From NCBI GenBank assembly GCA_013239625.1, contig MU054220.1:1088871-1152870 (forward strand): a DNA stretch of 64,000 bases. The letters are read 5' to 3'. The notes under the pieces are model-generated. The model saw nothing but the letters and a program-made list of their open reading frames with translations. It was not told where the DNA came from and did no database searches. The DNA is from Lama guanicoe (taxonomy: Eukaryota). Positions 51,271-64,000 of the stretch are shown piece after piece. A program made the position numbers and the translations under genes. The first letter of the stretch is position 1. Every line of letters starts with the position of its first letter.

Positions 51271-52200
51271 CTATTTCTTGTCCCAAATCACTTTCCTCCC
51301 CATCAGTCTCCTCATGGCGTTTTTGACTTCAGCATTCCTGAAGGAGTAAATGACGGGGTTTAAGAGAGGTGTGACCACCGTGTAGAACACGGCGACAACC
51401 TTGTCTGCAGGGAGGGTGACACAGGGCCTCATGTAGACAAAGGAACAGGGGATGAAGAACAGGGCCACCACTGCAACGTGAGCGGTGCAGGTGGAGAGGG
51501 CCTTGTGCCGGCCTTCTGAGGTCTGGGTCCTCAGGGACTGCAAGATGACCACGTAGGAAGCGAGCAGCCCGGTGAAGCTGGCCACGGAGATGGACCCGCC
51601 ATTGGTGATGACGAGTATGCCGATGAGGAAAGTGTCCGAGCAGGCCAGCTTCAGCACCGGGTGGACGTCACAGAAGTAGTGGTCGAGGACCTGGGGGCCA
51701 CAGAAGGGCAGCTGGAAAATGAGGAAGGTTTGCCCGGCAGAATGCAGCAAGCCCCCACCCCATGCCACCCCCACCAGGAGGCTACACGCGCGCCGGCTCA
51801 TGATGACGGTGTAGCGCAGGGGCTTGCAGATGGCCACGTAGCGGTCGTAGGCCATCACCGTCAGGAGAAAGATCTCGGTGCCACCAAAGAAATGGAGGAA
51901 AAATATCTGTGTGATGCAGCCCTTGAGGGAAATGACTTTCCTCCCCAAAAAAGAATCAAGGATGAGTCTGGGGACCGTGACAGAACAGTAACAGATCTCC
52001 ACAAAGGATAAATAGCCAAGGAAGAAATACATGGGGGAGGTGAGCCCCCTGCTGGCCATGATGGTCACCACAATGAGGCCGTTACCCAGCACAATGGCCG
52101 TGTACATGAGGAGAAACACCACAGAAATTAACTTCTGCACATCCCGGTTCTGGGAAAATCCCAAGAATATGATTTCAGTCACATTGCTTGTAGCAGCCAT
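51271..52200 (-). CDS. OR4X1: Olfactory receptor 4X1-like, intact 309 aa
   Basis: MAATSNVTEIIFLGFSQN, PMYFFL, MAYDRYVAICKPL, KALSTC, RPCVTLPADK and PLLNPVIYSFRN. Acceptor gattgcag at about 52225-52232 (minus). Confidence 0.95.
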   Translation of the reverse strand: MAATSNVTEIIFLGFSQNRDVQKLISVVFLLMYTAIVLGNGLIVVTIMASRGLTSPMYFFLGYLSFVEICYCSVTVPRLILDSFLGRKVISLKGCITQIFFLHFFGGTEIFLLTVMAYDRYVAICKPLRYTVIMSRRACSLLVGVAWGGGLLHSAGQTFLIFQLPFCGPQVLDHYFCDVHPVLKLACSDTFLIGILVITNGGSISVASFTGLLASYVVILQSLRTQTSEGRHKALSTCTAHVAVVALFFIPCSFVYMRPCVTLPADKVVAVFYTVVTPLLNPVIYSFRNAEVKNAMRRLMGRKVIWDKK

Positions 52201-52356
52201 GTTTTAAGGCGCTGGAGCTGAGACCTGCAATCACAGAAATCAAAGAGGTCACCTCAATAATGAGAAACATCCCTTTCAGGTCTTGAGGACAATTGTCATT
52301 CTACTCCCTCTTGAGTCCCCTCTGTACCTTGAGTGTCTCCAAACATGTCCTCATTA

Positions 52357-52485
52357 GGGAGGAGGATTTAGCTTAGTGGTAAAGCGCATGTCTAACATGC
52401 ACAAGGTCCTGGGTTCAATTCCCAGTACTGCTGTTTAAAAAAACAAACAAATAAACCTAAAATTATCCCCCCACACTTAAAAAAT
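52357..52485 (+). mobile_element. tRNA-derived SINE (Vic-1-like)
   Basis: tagcttagtggtaaagcgcatg...gtcctgggttcaattcccagtac, followed by an A-rich tail. Confidence 0.85.
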
Positions 52486-53609
52486 ACTCTCCTTGAGACA
52501 AATAGACAAAACAAAGCTCATCAGATGCTTGATATTATTCCCAAAATAGCATCTCAGTTTGTAATAATGCTTCCTTGAAGCGTTTTCCCTGATTCAGGCA
52601 CATGCAATAGCTGACGAATCCTTATGATAAAATAAGAGGAAATTTTATACATAAAAATTGAAACTCAGAGAGAGCTAGTCACTAATTCAAGGCCACACAG
52701 CTCATTTTTTAACTGAAGTCTGTATCTTTCAAAATGTAGATGTTCCTATTACATAGCCTAGCCCTGAAGTGTGCACTTGTATTTGGCTGCATGATAAGAG
52801 TTTAGATCAGTCTTGCCTCACACCATAATGTGGAACAAAATTTCTGCTGTGACTGCTAGAGTTTTTCAACCTTAGTTATTCTACAATTATTGAAACTAGC
52901 CTAGCTTCCTAACAGGCATGAGAGAGACTCTGGCTGAAAAGACTGACAGTCATCAAGCTTCAACCACTGTCCTTGGGGGTGGATACGGAGAGGAGGAGAT
53001 GTGAGTCGGTCTTCAGGGGGCTCTGAGGACTAATGAAGGGTAATCAGGCACAGAAAATCCACAACCACAGTTCTGAAGTTGTCACTCCCTCGGGGTGCAA
53101 CAAGGCCTCCCAGCAGAGCGGAGGGTCCGCTAAGTTGATATTCATACACCTCACAGCTGGCTTGCAGTCCAGGCCAGCCTGCGCCCGTCAACCTGGTGAC
53201 AGGGACACCGGGTTTGAGGTCAGGAGACATGGCTTCAACACAACCGTTTAATAGCTGTGTGACATTAACAAGTCTATCATTTTCCTCCATACCTGTAATT
53301 TTCATCTGAAAAACAGAAATAAAAATACCTTTTCCGTGGTGCTGTTGTGAGAACTGAATGAGCTCACAAGTTTTAAAACAAATAATAAGTGTATAACAGG
53401 ATAACTGATAAGAGTATCAGAGAATAACTGACTTAAGCTTTTACTCCACCTTATCACCCTGTTAGTGCAGAATGTGATGGGGACTCATTAAGGTTCTCCT
53501 GCTTCAAAGGCAGCTGTGACACCCACGTTTGTTTGTATAGATGTGCAACATCCTGGGATTCTGATTTAAGCATCTCACAACTAGCTTATGGAATAGTGGG
53601 CTATGTAAC

Positions 53610-53940
53610 AACACAGGGCCGAATACGCTGTGTGATGTGCTAAGCCAGTCACGCAAAGAAAAATACCGCATGAGCCCACTTGTACGATGTCCACAGAGTA
53701 GGAAAATTCACAGAGGCGGAAAGTAGAAGGGTGTTTACCAGAGGCTGGGAGGAGGGGGAAAGTGGAGTTAGTGTTTAATGGATGCAGGTACAGAATTTCA
53801 GTTTGCAACAACAAAAGGAGCTCTTGAGATGGATGGTGGTGATGGTTGCACAGCAATGTGAATGTTCTTTAATATACTGAATTGTACACGTAAAAACAGT
53901 TAAAGTGGTACATTTTATGTTATTTGTATTCTATCACAAT
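53610..53940 (+). mobile_element. L1MB-type 3' end followed by (TAGA)n
   Basis: gagatggatggtggtgatggttgcacagcaatgtgaatg pattern. Confidence 0.75.
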
Positions 53941-53984
<44 letters not shown>

Positions 53985-54882
53985 GATTTATAGATAGATA
54001 AACTCAAATGACTCACATTTCCCTTTCTCCATGCGCACCTCCAAGAATAATGGTTGAAGTTTGGCAACTTTGTCCTTTCCCCCTCCTCTCCCCTTTTTTA
54101 GCTTCTTTCTTATGCTTATTAGGGAGCCTGGTTCGTTTCAAAGGCTGCAGAATAACTGAGTTTGAGAAATTCTAGCACTTGCTGTAGAAAGTCCACTCCA
54201 CATTATGGTATAAAGCAAGATGGATATGACACCCTTGTTATGCATTCAATATAGGCACACTTCAGAAGTAAGAGAGATAGTAGAAGAACCTACGTTTTAG
54301 AAAATACAGATCTTGGTTCAAATATGAGCTGTGTGGCCTAGGGCAAGGACTAAACCTCTCTGAGCCTCAGTTTCCTAATGTATAAGATAGACATAAGACT
54401 ATACTCTCATTACTGTGCCCTTTCCTTACCTCCCCATCAGGCTCCTCTATGTATCCAGCTGATTCTCCGGCCATGTGCCAGTATTTCACACACAGGATGG
54501 TTAGGCAAAGAGCAGAAGTTATAAGTGGGCATGTTTCACCTCAAAGCAAAGATGGCTGTATTAGAAATAGAAATATTTTTCACAAAAAATTAATTTCACA
54601 AATAATCTCTGTGAAATTTAGCTTTGAAAGTAAGTGCTTCTTGATTCTGTAATTGCTTCTGATTTGGGGTGTCAGTGAGAGAGGGTGTCTCAGAAGATTT
54701 GTAAGGACCACTTTAGCTTTCATATTTTAAAAAAATTAGTTGTATTTTTCTTTCCAAGTTGTTGAATGCTAACAGAGAAAGATATATATTTGGTATAATC
54801 AAATTTCACTAAAAAGTTAAATTTTTAAAGTCTTTAGAATGGAGGAAAGAAAAGGAAATTAACATCTATCAAAACTCTGAGT

Positions 54883-55051
54883 GGGGGGAGAGTATAGCTC
54901 AGTGGTAGAGCGCATGCTTAGCATGCATGAGGTCCTGGGTTCAATCCCCAGTACCCCTTCTAAACATAAATAAATAAGTAAACCTAATTACCTCCCACCC
55001 CAAAATGAAAAATTAATTAATTAAAATTTAAAAATAAATAAACTTAAAAAA
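54883..55051 (+). mobile_element. Young tRNA-derived SINE (Vic-1-like) with TSD
   Basis: gtatagctcagtggtagagcgcatgcttagcatgcatgaggtcctgggttcaatccccagtacc; TSD aaaactctgagt. Confidence 0.92.
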
Positions 55052-55424
55052 AAAACTCTGAGTAGAAATGGAAAATATTTGAGAAAGGATTTCATAAAAA
55101 GGTCATCAGACCTGTAAGCTATTGACAGTGGCACTGGCATTTTACCTGTGGGGTAACTTTAATTCTGACTTTTTAATTGGCAGGACCAAGGAAGAGATTC
55201 TGAAAAATAAGTATGTGCTCTTATGAGGCAGTAAGTAACTGCACATTTCTAAGGTCTGTGGCAAGAAAACCCAAACAAGGATGAACATAGAAGCTAAAGA
55301 CAGGTTGGCCCCAGTAAACAACTTCTGTGAAAATTCAATCTGATGCTTACCTGTGGTTTCTCATTATACCTGTCTTATCATAGAACTCCACGTCCTGGGA
55401 GTTCTGAAAAATAAGACTGGTCTG

Positions 55425-55519
55425 AACTGTGCCTCAGAGTTATCTGAGGGGCTGTATCCCAGGCTTAAGTCCTCAGTAAGTCCACCGAATAAAACATATT
55501 TCTCAAAAAAAAAAAAAAA
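55425..55519 (+). mobile_element. MER41-like LTR R fragment terminating in poly(A)
   Basis: Similar to the reverse complement of 10855-10925. AATAAA at 55488-55493, A15 at 55505-55519. Confidence 0.6.
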
Positions 55520-58500
55520 GGAGGAGGAGGAGAGGGAGAGAGGAGGAGGAGAAGAAGAAGAAGAAGGAGGAGGAGGAGGACGAGGAGGAGGACAAGGAGA
55601 TCTGACTGCCCTGCTCTTTTCCAGCACTCCTTTTCTCCTACGTTTTCTCCAAAGATATTCTACCACCAGAGGGGTCAGATACAGGGCTTCTCCTTGCTAG
55701 TTTCCCTTACTGAGTAAATAAACTGTTAGATTTGGAAGGAAGTTCATGAACTCCTCCTCTTTTAGAAGAGAATCTGGGCCCAGAATCACACAGCTGGTTG
55801 GTGCAGAGCCTGGGAAGCTCCATGAATTCCCATCCAATACTTGCTCCATTGCTCATCTCATCCATGGACTGCTCCCCCTGTACTTACCCAAAGTCCACTT
55901 CCAGAATGGAGGGAGAACATGGAGAGAGAAGAAAAATCACGTTTATAACAGAAGGCAAACCAAAACTGAAGAGTAAGATCCAAAAAAATAACAGTAACTG
56001 TGAACAGTAGTGTGGTCTGACTTCAGTGTTCCATCTTCCTCAGGTGTAACTTCTGCCCAGACAGCCTGTGCAGACCTTAGAGGTCCTGGAGAGGAGAGGA
56101 CGCTGCAGGTGTCAGCCAAAGTGGGTGGCCAGGGAAAGAGCCTTTGCAAGATATGCCTTGGTGACTAGAGATCACAGCTCCAGCGCTTGTCACCAAGGGT
56201 TAATTATTTTCTAGCTATTTCACATACATCTGTCTGGTCTCTCCAACAAAAGAGAATAGAACCTTTTGAAGGCTTTTACAGTGTCTCATACCCACTGCTG
56301 CACCTTATAGGGTGGGGGGCTCAGCAGAGTTAATAAGTGTTTGCGGTTTGATTCCCGAATCTCCCATCTGCTACTACATCTATTTCAAAACCAAGGTATC
56401 ATTGTGGCGTCCTATAAACACCACAGAAGATAAAGTATATCCTCTCTACTGGGGGTATCTAGTATAAAAAAAAAATAAGCGCTTCCTTTTGAAAAATATT
56501 CCAAATTATAACCCCCATAGAGACAGCAAATGAGGCTACCTTGAATGTTGTTTGTTGCTTTGCTTCTTACTTTATCCTCTGAATCTTTTGGAGTCAGAAA
56601 ACTGATTCATTTCCACAAGTCACCCCAGGAAAACAGAGATTTTTGTTTCACGAACACAAAGAAATGTAATTGGTTAGTGCTCACTGATCTAAAACTTGGA
56701 AATTTGGAGCAAAGATTGGCCCTCAACAAAATTTGAGTTTCTGTGCCGTGTAGTCTCCACTCAGGCTAATGCCTTCATTTTTTCACGGTAGGAGTTTCTA
56801 GACATGAAAACGTTTAAGCCAGGTCTCTTGAATTTTTCAAAAGAATATTCCTGAAATATGCATGACTCGACAATTAATTGAAAACTGCCTTTTCAAATAT
56901 CTCCGCACTGACCGTGTTCCAAGTGGCTCTGGGAGAGTGACTGTGACAACTGCTCTAAGCCAAGCCAGAGTCACTTTCTCACCCTGTCACTGAAGTTGGC
57001 AGGAGAGATTTAGTAGGGTGATATCTAAAGTCTGCCCCACCAGCTGAAAGAGTGAGCAAATCTAGAAAAGACTGCCCAGATATGGAAGTGCATGGAAGCC
57101 GGAGTAACAAAAATGAAAGGTGCCAATGTGTGTGAAAGACTCTGCCTGAGTCTTTGTGGAAGACTTCACATGGCTCATGGTAAAGGCTCAGTGAATAAAC
57201 TGAATCTGTTCCACGCAGAAAGGCATTACTTAACACTTACCTTCCTCTTTGGACTCACCGGGTGCCATCAGTGCCACCACCTACATGTGCCAACTCCAGC
57301 ACTTAATAACTTCCTCATGAAGAAAATTACAAGGGACTAGATCTACCCTAAAAACCATCAAAATGAGGATTTAGAAAAATATTTGCTGGACTCTGAACCT
57401 GTAAGTATTTAAGGTGAATGCAATGGAAAATTGAGACGGGAGAATTGAATTCCCTGACCTTTTCTAACATCCCCTGTCTGGGGAATTTCTGAGAACAGCA
57501 GAAGTCAACTTCCCAGTCGCTTCCTTCAGAGGTTAAAGAAACTATCTCTAATTAATCCAGTTATAATGTCGAGACTCCTACTTGCCTGTTATGATTAGCA
57601 ATTTCTTGTCCTGGCCCCTAGAGTATTCCCTCTGCATCCTCAAGCAAGTGATGGAAGACAATTCAATATCGCATCATCCATCATCCCTCTGTCCCCACCA
57701 CAGACATGTTGGGCAGACTTTTCTTTCTAGCACCTCACATATAGTCAAAGTAACTCTCTACTGCAGAAACTAGTATTCCCATTTGACAGGTTAGGTAACT
57801 GGGGCTCAAAAAGATTATGAGAATTGTTCAAACCTATACAAATAATAAATTGTTCTATTGTGTCAAATGATTAGGTGTAACATCTCCTGTCTATACAGAA
57901 TATGTCACCAGGAGCTGGTGCCCCATTAGGAAGCAAAGAGATCAGTAGGAGATGGAGATACAACATACCCCCAGTCTGATTTTGCTCTGTGTACCCACGC
58001 TACTTCTTCAGAGTTTTGTGTCTTTGGACAAATGAATTATGAAACAATGGTATGAGTGTGGCATCTTCCCATAATGCATCTGAACTACTGCAAGAATTCA
58101 AACTCTATTTTGAAAGCCCCAGTAATTTTTGCAAAGGAAACATGTTAAATTCTTCTGTATGTACATCAATACCTTCCTCCATAACTTATTTGTTTCAAAC
58201 TAAATGGCATTGGCTATTGCCATAGGCTCAGCCTTTCTCAACTTCTGACTAAAATATCTCTGGAAAAGAAAAAAAAATGTTGCAAAACCACAAAATCATT
58301 AACATCTGGTTTACATCCAGAACCTGGAAAGAACTTCTAAGAGTAACAGAGGCTGATGGAATGGAATGAAGAGATACAAACAATGGCCCATGCATGCATT
58401 TCTCTTGACCTAAAAATGTAGGAAGAGAGCACTTCGTTTCTGCCTCATCTTGCTCCTTCCTGTCACAGACCAATGCACATGTGTGCACATCGCACACATA

Positions 58501-58689
58501 CACATGCACACACAAAATTTGCTTAGAAAGGTGGTAGAAATAATTAGTACTGGGTTTGTTTTAATTTTTCTAGCTTTATTGAAGCATTCATGACAAATAA
58601 AATTTGTACATATTTAAAGTATAAAATCTGATGATCTGATACACATGTACATTGTGAAATGATTACCACAATCAAGCTAACCAAACAGA

Positions 58690-59294
58690 AAATCTGGAGC
58701 TGAGGACTACAATGAGTGAAAAGAAGAATTCAATAGAGAGCATCATTATAAGGACTGATCAAGCAGAAGAAAGAATCTGTGAAACAGAAGACAGAATCTT
58801 TGAAATTACTCTGTCAGAAAGAGAAGTTTAAAAAGAAAAAGAGTGAGGAATATAACAATTACATCTCAATAAAATTAGAAGGAAAAATAAAATAAAATAT
58901 TATGTGATTGTAAAAGTCAAAAAAAAAAAGAGTGGAGAAATCCTATGTGAATAACAGGATATTATTAAAAGAAATGATCTGTAAATTAACGTAGTCCAGG
59001 AAGGAGATGAGACAGAGAAGTACAAAAGGTCATTTAAAGAAACAGTAGTTGAGAATTTCCCAAGTCTAGGGAAATATTTGGACATCCAAGTTAATGAAGC
59101 TAATAGGTCACCCCCAAATTTCAATACAAAACAATCTTCTCCAAGTCCATTGTAATACAACTATTTAAATCAAAGACAGAAAAAATTTTGAAATCAGCAA
59201 GAGAAAAAATATTTCTCTCATACAAGGGATTTTCATGAGGCTATCAGTAGATTTCTCAGCAAAAAAACTTCCAGGCCAAGAGAGAGTAGGATAA
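58690..59294 (+). mobile_element. Old LINE-1 ORF1 fragment
   Basis: gatcaagcagaagaaagaatctgtgaa...gagaatttcccaagtctagggaaa...gcaagagaaaa. Confidence 0.8.
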
Positions 59295-59892
59295 CTCAAG
59301 AAGATACATGCCCCTCAATGTTCATAGCAGCAGTACTTACAATAGCCAAGACATGGAAACAACCTAAATGTCCAAGGACAGATGATTGGATAAAGAAGTT
59401 GTGGTATATTTATACAATGGAATACTACTCGGCCATGAAAAATAATAAAATAATGCCATTTGCAGCAACATGGATGGACCTGGAGAATGTCATTCTAAAC
59501 CAGAAAGAGAAAGACAAATACCATATGATATCACTTATATGTGGGAACTAAAAAAAAAAAGGGCAAACAAACTTACTTACAAAACAGAAACAGACTCACA
59601 GACATAAAAAACAAACTTATGGTTTCCAGGGCACAAAGTGGGTGGGAAGGGATAAATTGGGAGTTCAAGATTTGCAGACACTAACTATTATATATAAGAT
59701 AGATAAACAACAAGATTATACTGTATAGCACAGGGAACTATATTCAATATCTTATAGTAACTTATGGTGAAAAAGAACATGAAAACGAATATATGTATGT
59801 TCCTATATGACTGAAGCATTCTGCTGTACACCAGAAATTGATACAACATTGTAAACTGACTATACTTCAATAAAAATATATTTTTAAAAAGA
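59295..59892 (+). mobile_element. Young 5'-truncated LINE-1 3' end with TSD, nested in older L1
   Basis: [19 protein letters not shown]...WMDLE ORF2 C-terminus; TSD agagagtaggataa. Confidence 0.92.
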
Positions 59893-60463
59893 AGAGAGTA
59901 GGATAATACAGGAATACCCCATTTTATTGTGTTTTACTTTACTGTACACCACATACACACAGTGGATACCAGTCATGAGAAAAAGGAAATTGTACCTTTT
60001 GCAACTTCACAAATTGTCCTTGAGGGCATTATGCTGAGTGAAGTAAATCAGAAAAAGAAAGACAATACCTGTATGGCCTCATTGTACACCTTAAATTTAC
60101 ACAGTGCTGGATGTCAACAACGTCTCAAATGGCTGGAAAATTTTTAAAAGGACACAATTTTTTTAATTTTTTGAAACTTTAAAACACTGCTGAAGAACAC
60201 AAAGGAAGATGTCAGCAAATGGAAGAACAAAATATGGTTTTGGACAGGAAGACTTATATTAAGATATTCTTTCTAGATAAGTTTGTAAATGTAATATGAC
60301 ATTAATCAAAACAGTAAGTTCTTTTGGGGGGATATAGAGCAGGAAGAGAAGCCAAACTAAATCCAAAGTTCATACTGAGAAACAATATTCTCTAGCCTTC
60401 TAGATGTTAAAATATGTATAAAGCTTCCATAAAAAGCCACAGTGTGGTCCTGGCTATTCTAGG

Positions 60464-60470
60464 CATCATT

Positions 60471-60515
<45 letters not shown>
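60464..60515. repeat. (CAT)n microsatellite
   Basis: Direct reading. Confidence 0.95.
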
Positions 60516-60516
<1 letters not shown>

Positions 60517-62769
60517 ACTACCAAGTCAAGAACAAATGACAAACCAGGGGCAGGAAGAGGATCTATGGATCTATAAGTCATATCATAAATGACCAATCTT
60601 TACACTTCAATAGTTCCTGGAACATAATAAAAAGAACCACAATCTAAATACAGATAGGGAAATTATAAGAAGAGCTTACAGAAAATAGAAATGGCTCTTA
60701 AACATATGAAAAGATGTTCAACCTCATTTGAAATCAGAGAAATGTAAATGAAAATTATTTGACCTTCCACTTTTGCAACTATTAGATTAGCAAAATCCCA
60801 AAGTCAACAAAACATTTTACAAGAAAGACAAAATTGTTGGTGAGAGTACAAGTAAGTATGACTGGTATGGAGGGCAGTTTGGTAATATCTATCAAATCAC
60901 AAATATCCACACTTGATCAAGCAGTTTTATTTCTTGAAATATATCCTAATTTAGCTGCACACATTTACATCAAGGTTATTCACTGCAACACTTTGAAACA
61001 ATCCAAATATTTCTCATCAGAAGATTGCTTAGGTAAATGATGGCACATCCACTCAATGAATATGACAAAACTACAGGAAAAGAATGAGGAGGTTTTCCTT
61101 GTACTAACACAGAAAAATCTCCAAGACATATTGTTTAGTAAATAAAGCAAGTTTCAGATCTGTTTACATAGTATATTGTTGTCAATGTAAAAGGCAGATT
61201 AAACAAGAACATACATATAAACTAGTATTTGCTTAAAGAAACTCCAAAGAAAAACAGAAAACTAAGAGAAGTGTCAATCTAGTGGGGACATGGGAATGGG
61301 GAAAGGAATAGAATAAAACTTTTCACTTGCATACCATTTTTTTTTTGGTGATGTTGTTAAACCTTATGAATATATTGTCTATGCACAAAATTAGATTTAA
61401 AATTTAAGTAACTTTAAAAGAAAATATAAATTACACTATTCTTAATTTGGTAAGATAATCTAAACAGACACAATGGAAGAAACAAAAAGAAAAAAATGCT
61501 AAGAATTACCATGTAGAAATGTAAAGCTTTAAACATTAAAAGATTTGCAAACAAGACTCAAAGCGAAGTAAACACTAAAACTGCCCTCCTCACTCACAAA
61601 AAAATGCAAATTAAACAAGATGTCTATCTAATTTGCAAAATGTTATAACTTTATACTTTAAAATCGTTTCTGACATTAAAAAGGTTGCAATAATAATAAT
61701 ACAAACGCTTCTTGTATATCCTTAATCCAAGCTCCCTAAATATTAATATTTTGCCACATTTTCTTTATCATTCGTTATCTCAGTTGAAAATAAGCCAAGT
61801 TTTTCTGAAATGTTTGAAAGTTGATGATAATGCACATTTGCCTTAGGTATCTTAGTAATTCTTCAATCTAAGGACACTTGAAGATACAAACACACTACAA
61901 TTATCAACATCAGGAAATTAATTGTGAAATCATCTACAGTGCTTTACTGACTAATGGCCTTCATCCGGTATGGATCCAATCAGGGGTCACAGGTTGTATC
62001 TGGTTATCATCTATCTGTAATCCAGAAACATTCTTCAGTTCTTCTGTCTGGCACTTTAGAACACAGGCCAGTAATTTTGCAGAATTTCTTCAATTAGGGT
62101 TTGCCTAATATTTTGTCATGATGAGACTCAGGTTATCATATTTTGGTAGGAATAACACAGTAATGAGACTGTGGGCCTCACCAGTCTCTGTCCTGATGGT
62201 GTCAACTTGCAGTAATTGTTTAAGGGAGTGTCCTCCACATTCTTCCACTGTAGAGTTACATTTTTAACTTTTGCAGTCAATAAGAATGTTGTGATTGTAC
62301 GACATCTTATTTCTCACCAAGAAAACGTTAAATGATAGTGTTCATTCTGTCAGGACTACTTTCACAAGGAAGATTAAGTATAACAACCTTTCTAAGAATC
62401 AATTTAACATTTTGCATCAGAAGTTGCTATACCTTTTAAAACAAAAAAAGTTACTAGAGCAAGTGAGCTTTTAAAAAAATCAAAGTAGATTTAAAGATTT
62501 ATATCCATGAATACTTAACCACAGTGTTATTTAATTAGTAAAAAATTAGAAATGATCTAAAACATCTAACAAAAAATAACTAGTTAAATAATAGTACATC
62601 TATAAGAGAAATATTTTACAAGCGATTAGAATTAAGTTGTTGAAGAAAGAAATCAGTTAGAATAACTCTAGAACTAACAAGTCCCGGGACCTGTCCCCCA
62701 TCCCTTCTGCCCCTTCAGTTGGGATGCAGCATCATTCTAAACCCATGAAACAACACCAAGACTCAGCCG

Positions 62770-63699
62770 CTATTTCTCACATAGTTTCATTGTCCTGATC
62801 CACAGCCTCCTCATGGCCTTCTTCACTTCAGCATTTCTAAAGGAGTAGATGACAGGGTTGAGGAGTGGGGTGATCACTGTATAAAACACAGCCACCATCT
62901 TGTCCACAGGCAGAGTGGTAGAGGTCCTCAGATAGATGAAGATGCAGGGCCCAAAGAACAAAGTGACCACAGTGATATGGGACCCACAGGTGGAGAGGGC
63001 CTTGCACCGCCCCTCAGAGCTTTGTTTCTTCACATGGAGCAAAATGACCATGTAGGAGGCTACCAGGACCACAAAGCTGATCACAGACAGGGTCCCCCCA
63101 TTAGCAACAATCAGGAGACCAATGAGGAAGGTGTCAGAACAGGCAAGTTTGAGCAGAGGAAGCACATCACAGAAATAGTGGTCAATCACATTGGGGCCAC
63201 AGAAAGGCAAGTGGAAGATGAGAAGGATTTGAGCCAAGGAATGCACAACGCCCCCCGCCCATGCTACTCCCGCCAGGATGGCACACACCTGCCGGTTCAT
63301 GATGGTGGTGTAGTGCAGGGGCTTGCAGATGGCCGCGTAGCGGTCGTAGGCCATCACGGTGAGCAGGAAAATCTCAGTGCCAGCAAAGAAGTGCATAAAG
63401 GAAAGCTGTGTCATGCAGCCCCAGAAAGATATGGCTTTCCTTTCAGCCAGCAAATCTGAGATGAGCTTGGGGGCTGTGGTAGAGCAGTAGCAGATCTCCA
63501 CAAAGGACAGGTGGCTGAGGAAGAAGTACATGGGGGAGCCGAGGCTTCTGCTGGTCATGATAGTGAGCACAATGAGCAAATTGCCCAGCACAACTGCTGT
63601 GTACAAGAGCAGAAATATCACAAAGCAAACTTTCTGCACGTCCCGATTGGGAGAAAGTCCCAGGAAAATAAATTCTGTCACATTGCGTGTGTCAGCCAT
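62770..63699 (-). CDS. OR4X2: Olfactory receptor 4X2-like (copy C), intact 309 aa
   Basis: ATG at 63699 (MADTRNVTEF), all canonical OR motifs, acceptor tcatttcag at about 63739-63747 (minus). Confidence 0.94.
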   Translation of the reverse strand: MADTRNVTEFIFLGLSPNRDVQKVCFVIFLLLYTAVVLGNLLIVLTIMTSRSLGSPMYFFLSHLSFVEICYCSTTAPKLISDLLAERKAISFWGCMTQLSFMHFFAGTEIFLLTVMAYDRYAAICKPLHYTTIMNRQVCAILAGVAWAGGVVHSLAQILLIFHLPFCGPNVIDHYFCDVLPLLKLACSDTFLIGLLIVANGGTLSVISFVVLVASYMVILLHVKKQSSEGRCKALSTCGSHITVVTLFFGPCIFIYLRTSTTLPVDKMVAVFYTVITPLLNPVIYSFRNAEVKKAMRRLWIRTMKLCEK

Positions 63700-64000
63700 G
63701 AAGTCACCACTAGAAGGCAATAATTTGGGTAGGGTGACCTGAAATGATATAAAAGACCCCTTTGTTAAGCAGGTGAGTTGCATAATAATCCCCTGTGTAT
63801 TTGAAATGCTAGCATTGAAACTGCAAATTCGGAGTCTTCTCAGAGACAGGAAATCCATCTTCACAATCCAGAGACCCTACAGTCAGTGGCCCTCTTCTCT
63901 GAGGACATTCTGGAAGTACAGTACTTGACACACTGACTTGGAATTGTTTTATGTGATCATCTGTCCCAGAAAACTGAACTTTCTCGGGGCAGAGATTGCA

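Noticed and set aside
54883..54960. tRNA gene
   Set aside because: The tRNA-like head is followed by a SINE body, A-rich tail and TSD, and similar copies occur elsewhere in the window.
63700..63864. 55-codon N-terminal extension of OR4X2 copy C in the ORF track
   Set aside because: It crosses a good splice acceptor at 63739-63740 that is conserved in copy A, where the upstream sequence is different. Most likely chance intronic open frame.
1..64000. CRISPR arrays, operons or prokaryotic defence systems
   Set aside because: The sequence is mammalian and no repeat-spacer array was seen.

Overview
Mammalian (eukaryotic) genomic DNA, probably camelid because it carries several Vic-1-like tRNA-derived SINEs. 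The window is part of a class II olfactory receptor family-4 cluster, with all receptor genes on the minus strand. There are four intact-looking 309-codon genes: OR4X2-like (17913-18842 and 62770-63699), OR4S1-like (37656-38585) and OR4X1-like (51271-52200). There is also a frameshifted OR4B-like pseudogene. A third OR4X2-like copy (28281-29432) carries an in-frame 249-bp tandem duplication of TM2-TM3, giving a nominal 9-helix receptor frame, but it has lost its start codon and splice signals. The cluster appears to have been built by old tandem duplications of an OR4S-4X1-4X2-4B cassette, then reshaped by L1-bounded deletions and gene conversion. A 6.5-kb composite ERV block (7045-13523) has an internal strand inversion and nested solo LTRs. 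The rest is LINE/SINE/LTR/DNA-transposon debris and microsatellites. Gene and repeat names come from my recall of family sequences, not from a database search. I see no evidence of a wholly new biological system; the TM2-TM3-duplicated receptor and a candidate Lhx2/Ebf composite site are the best leads.
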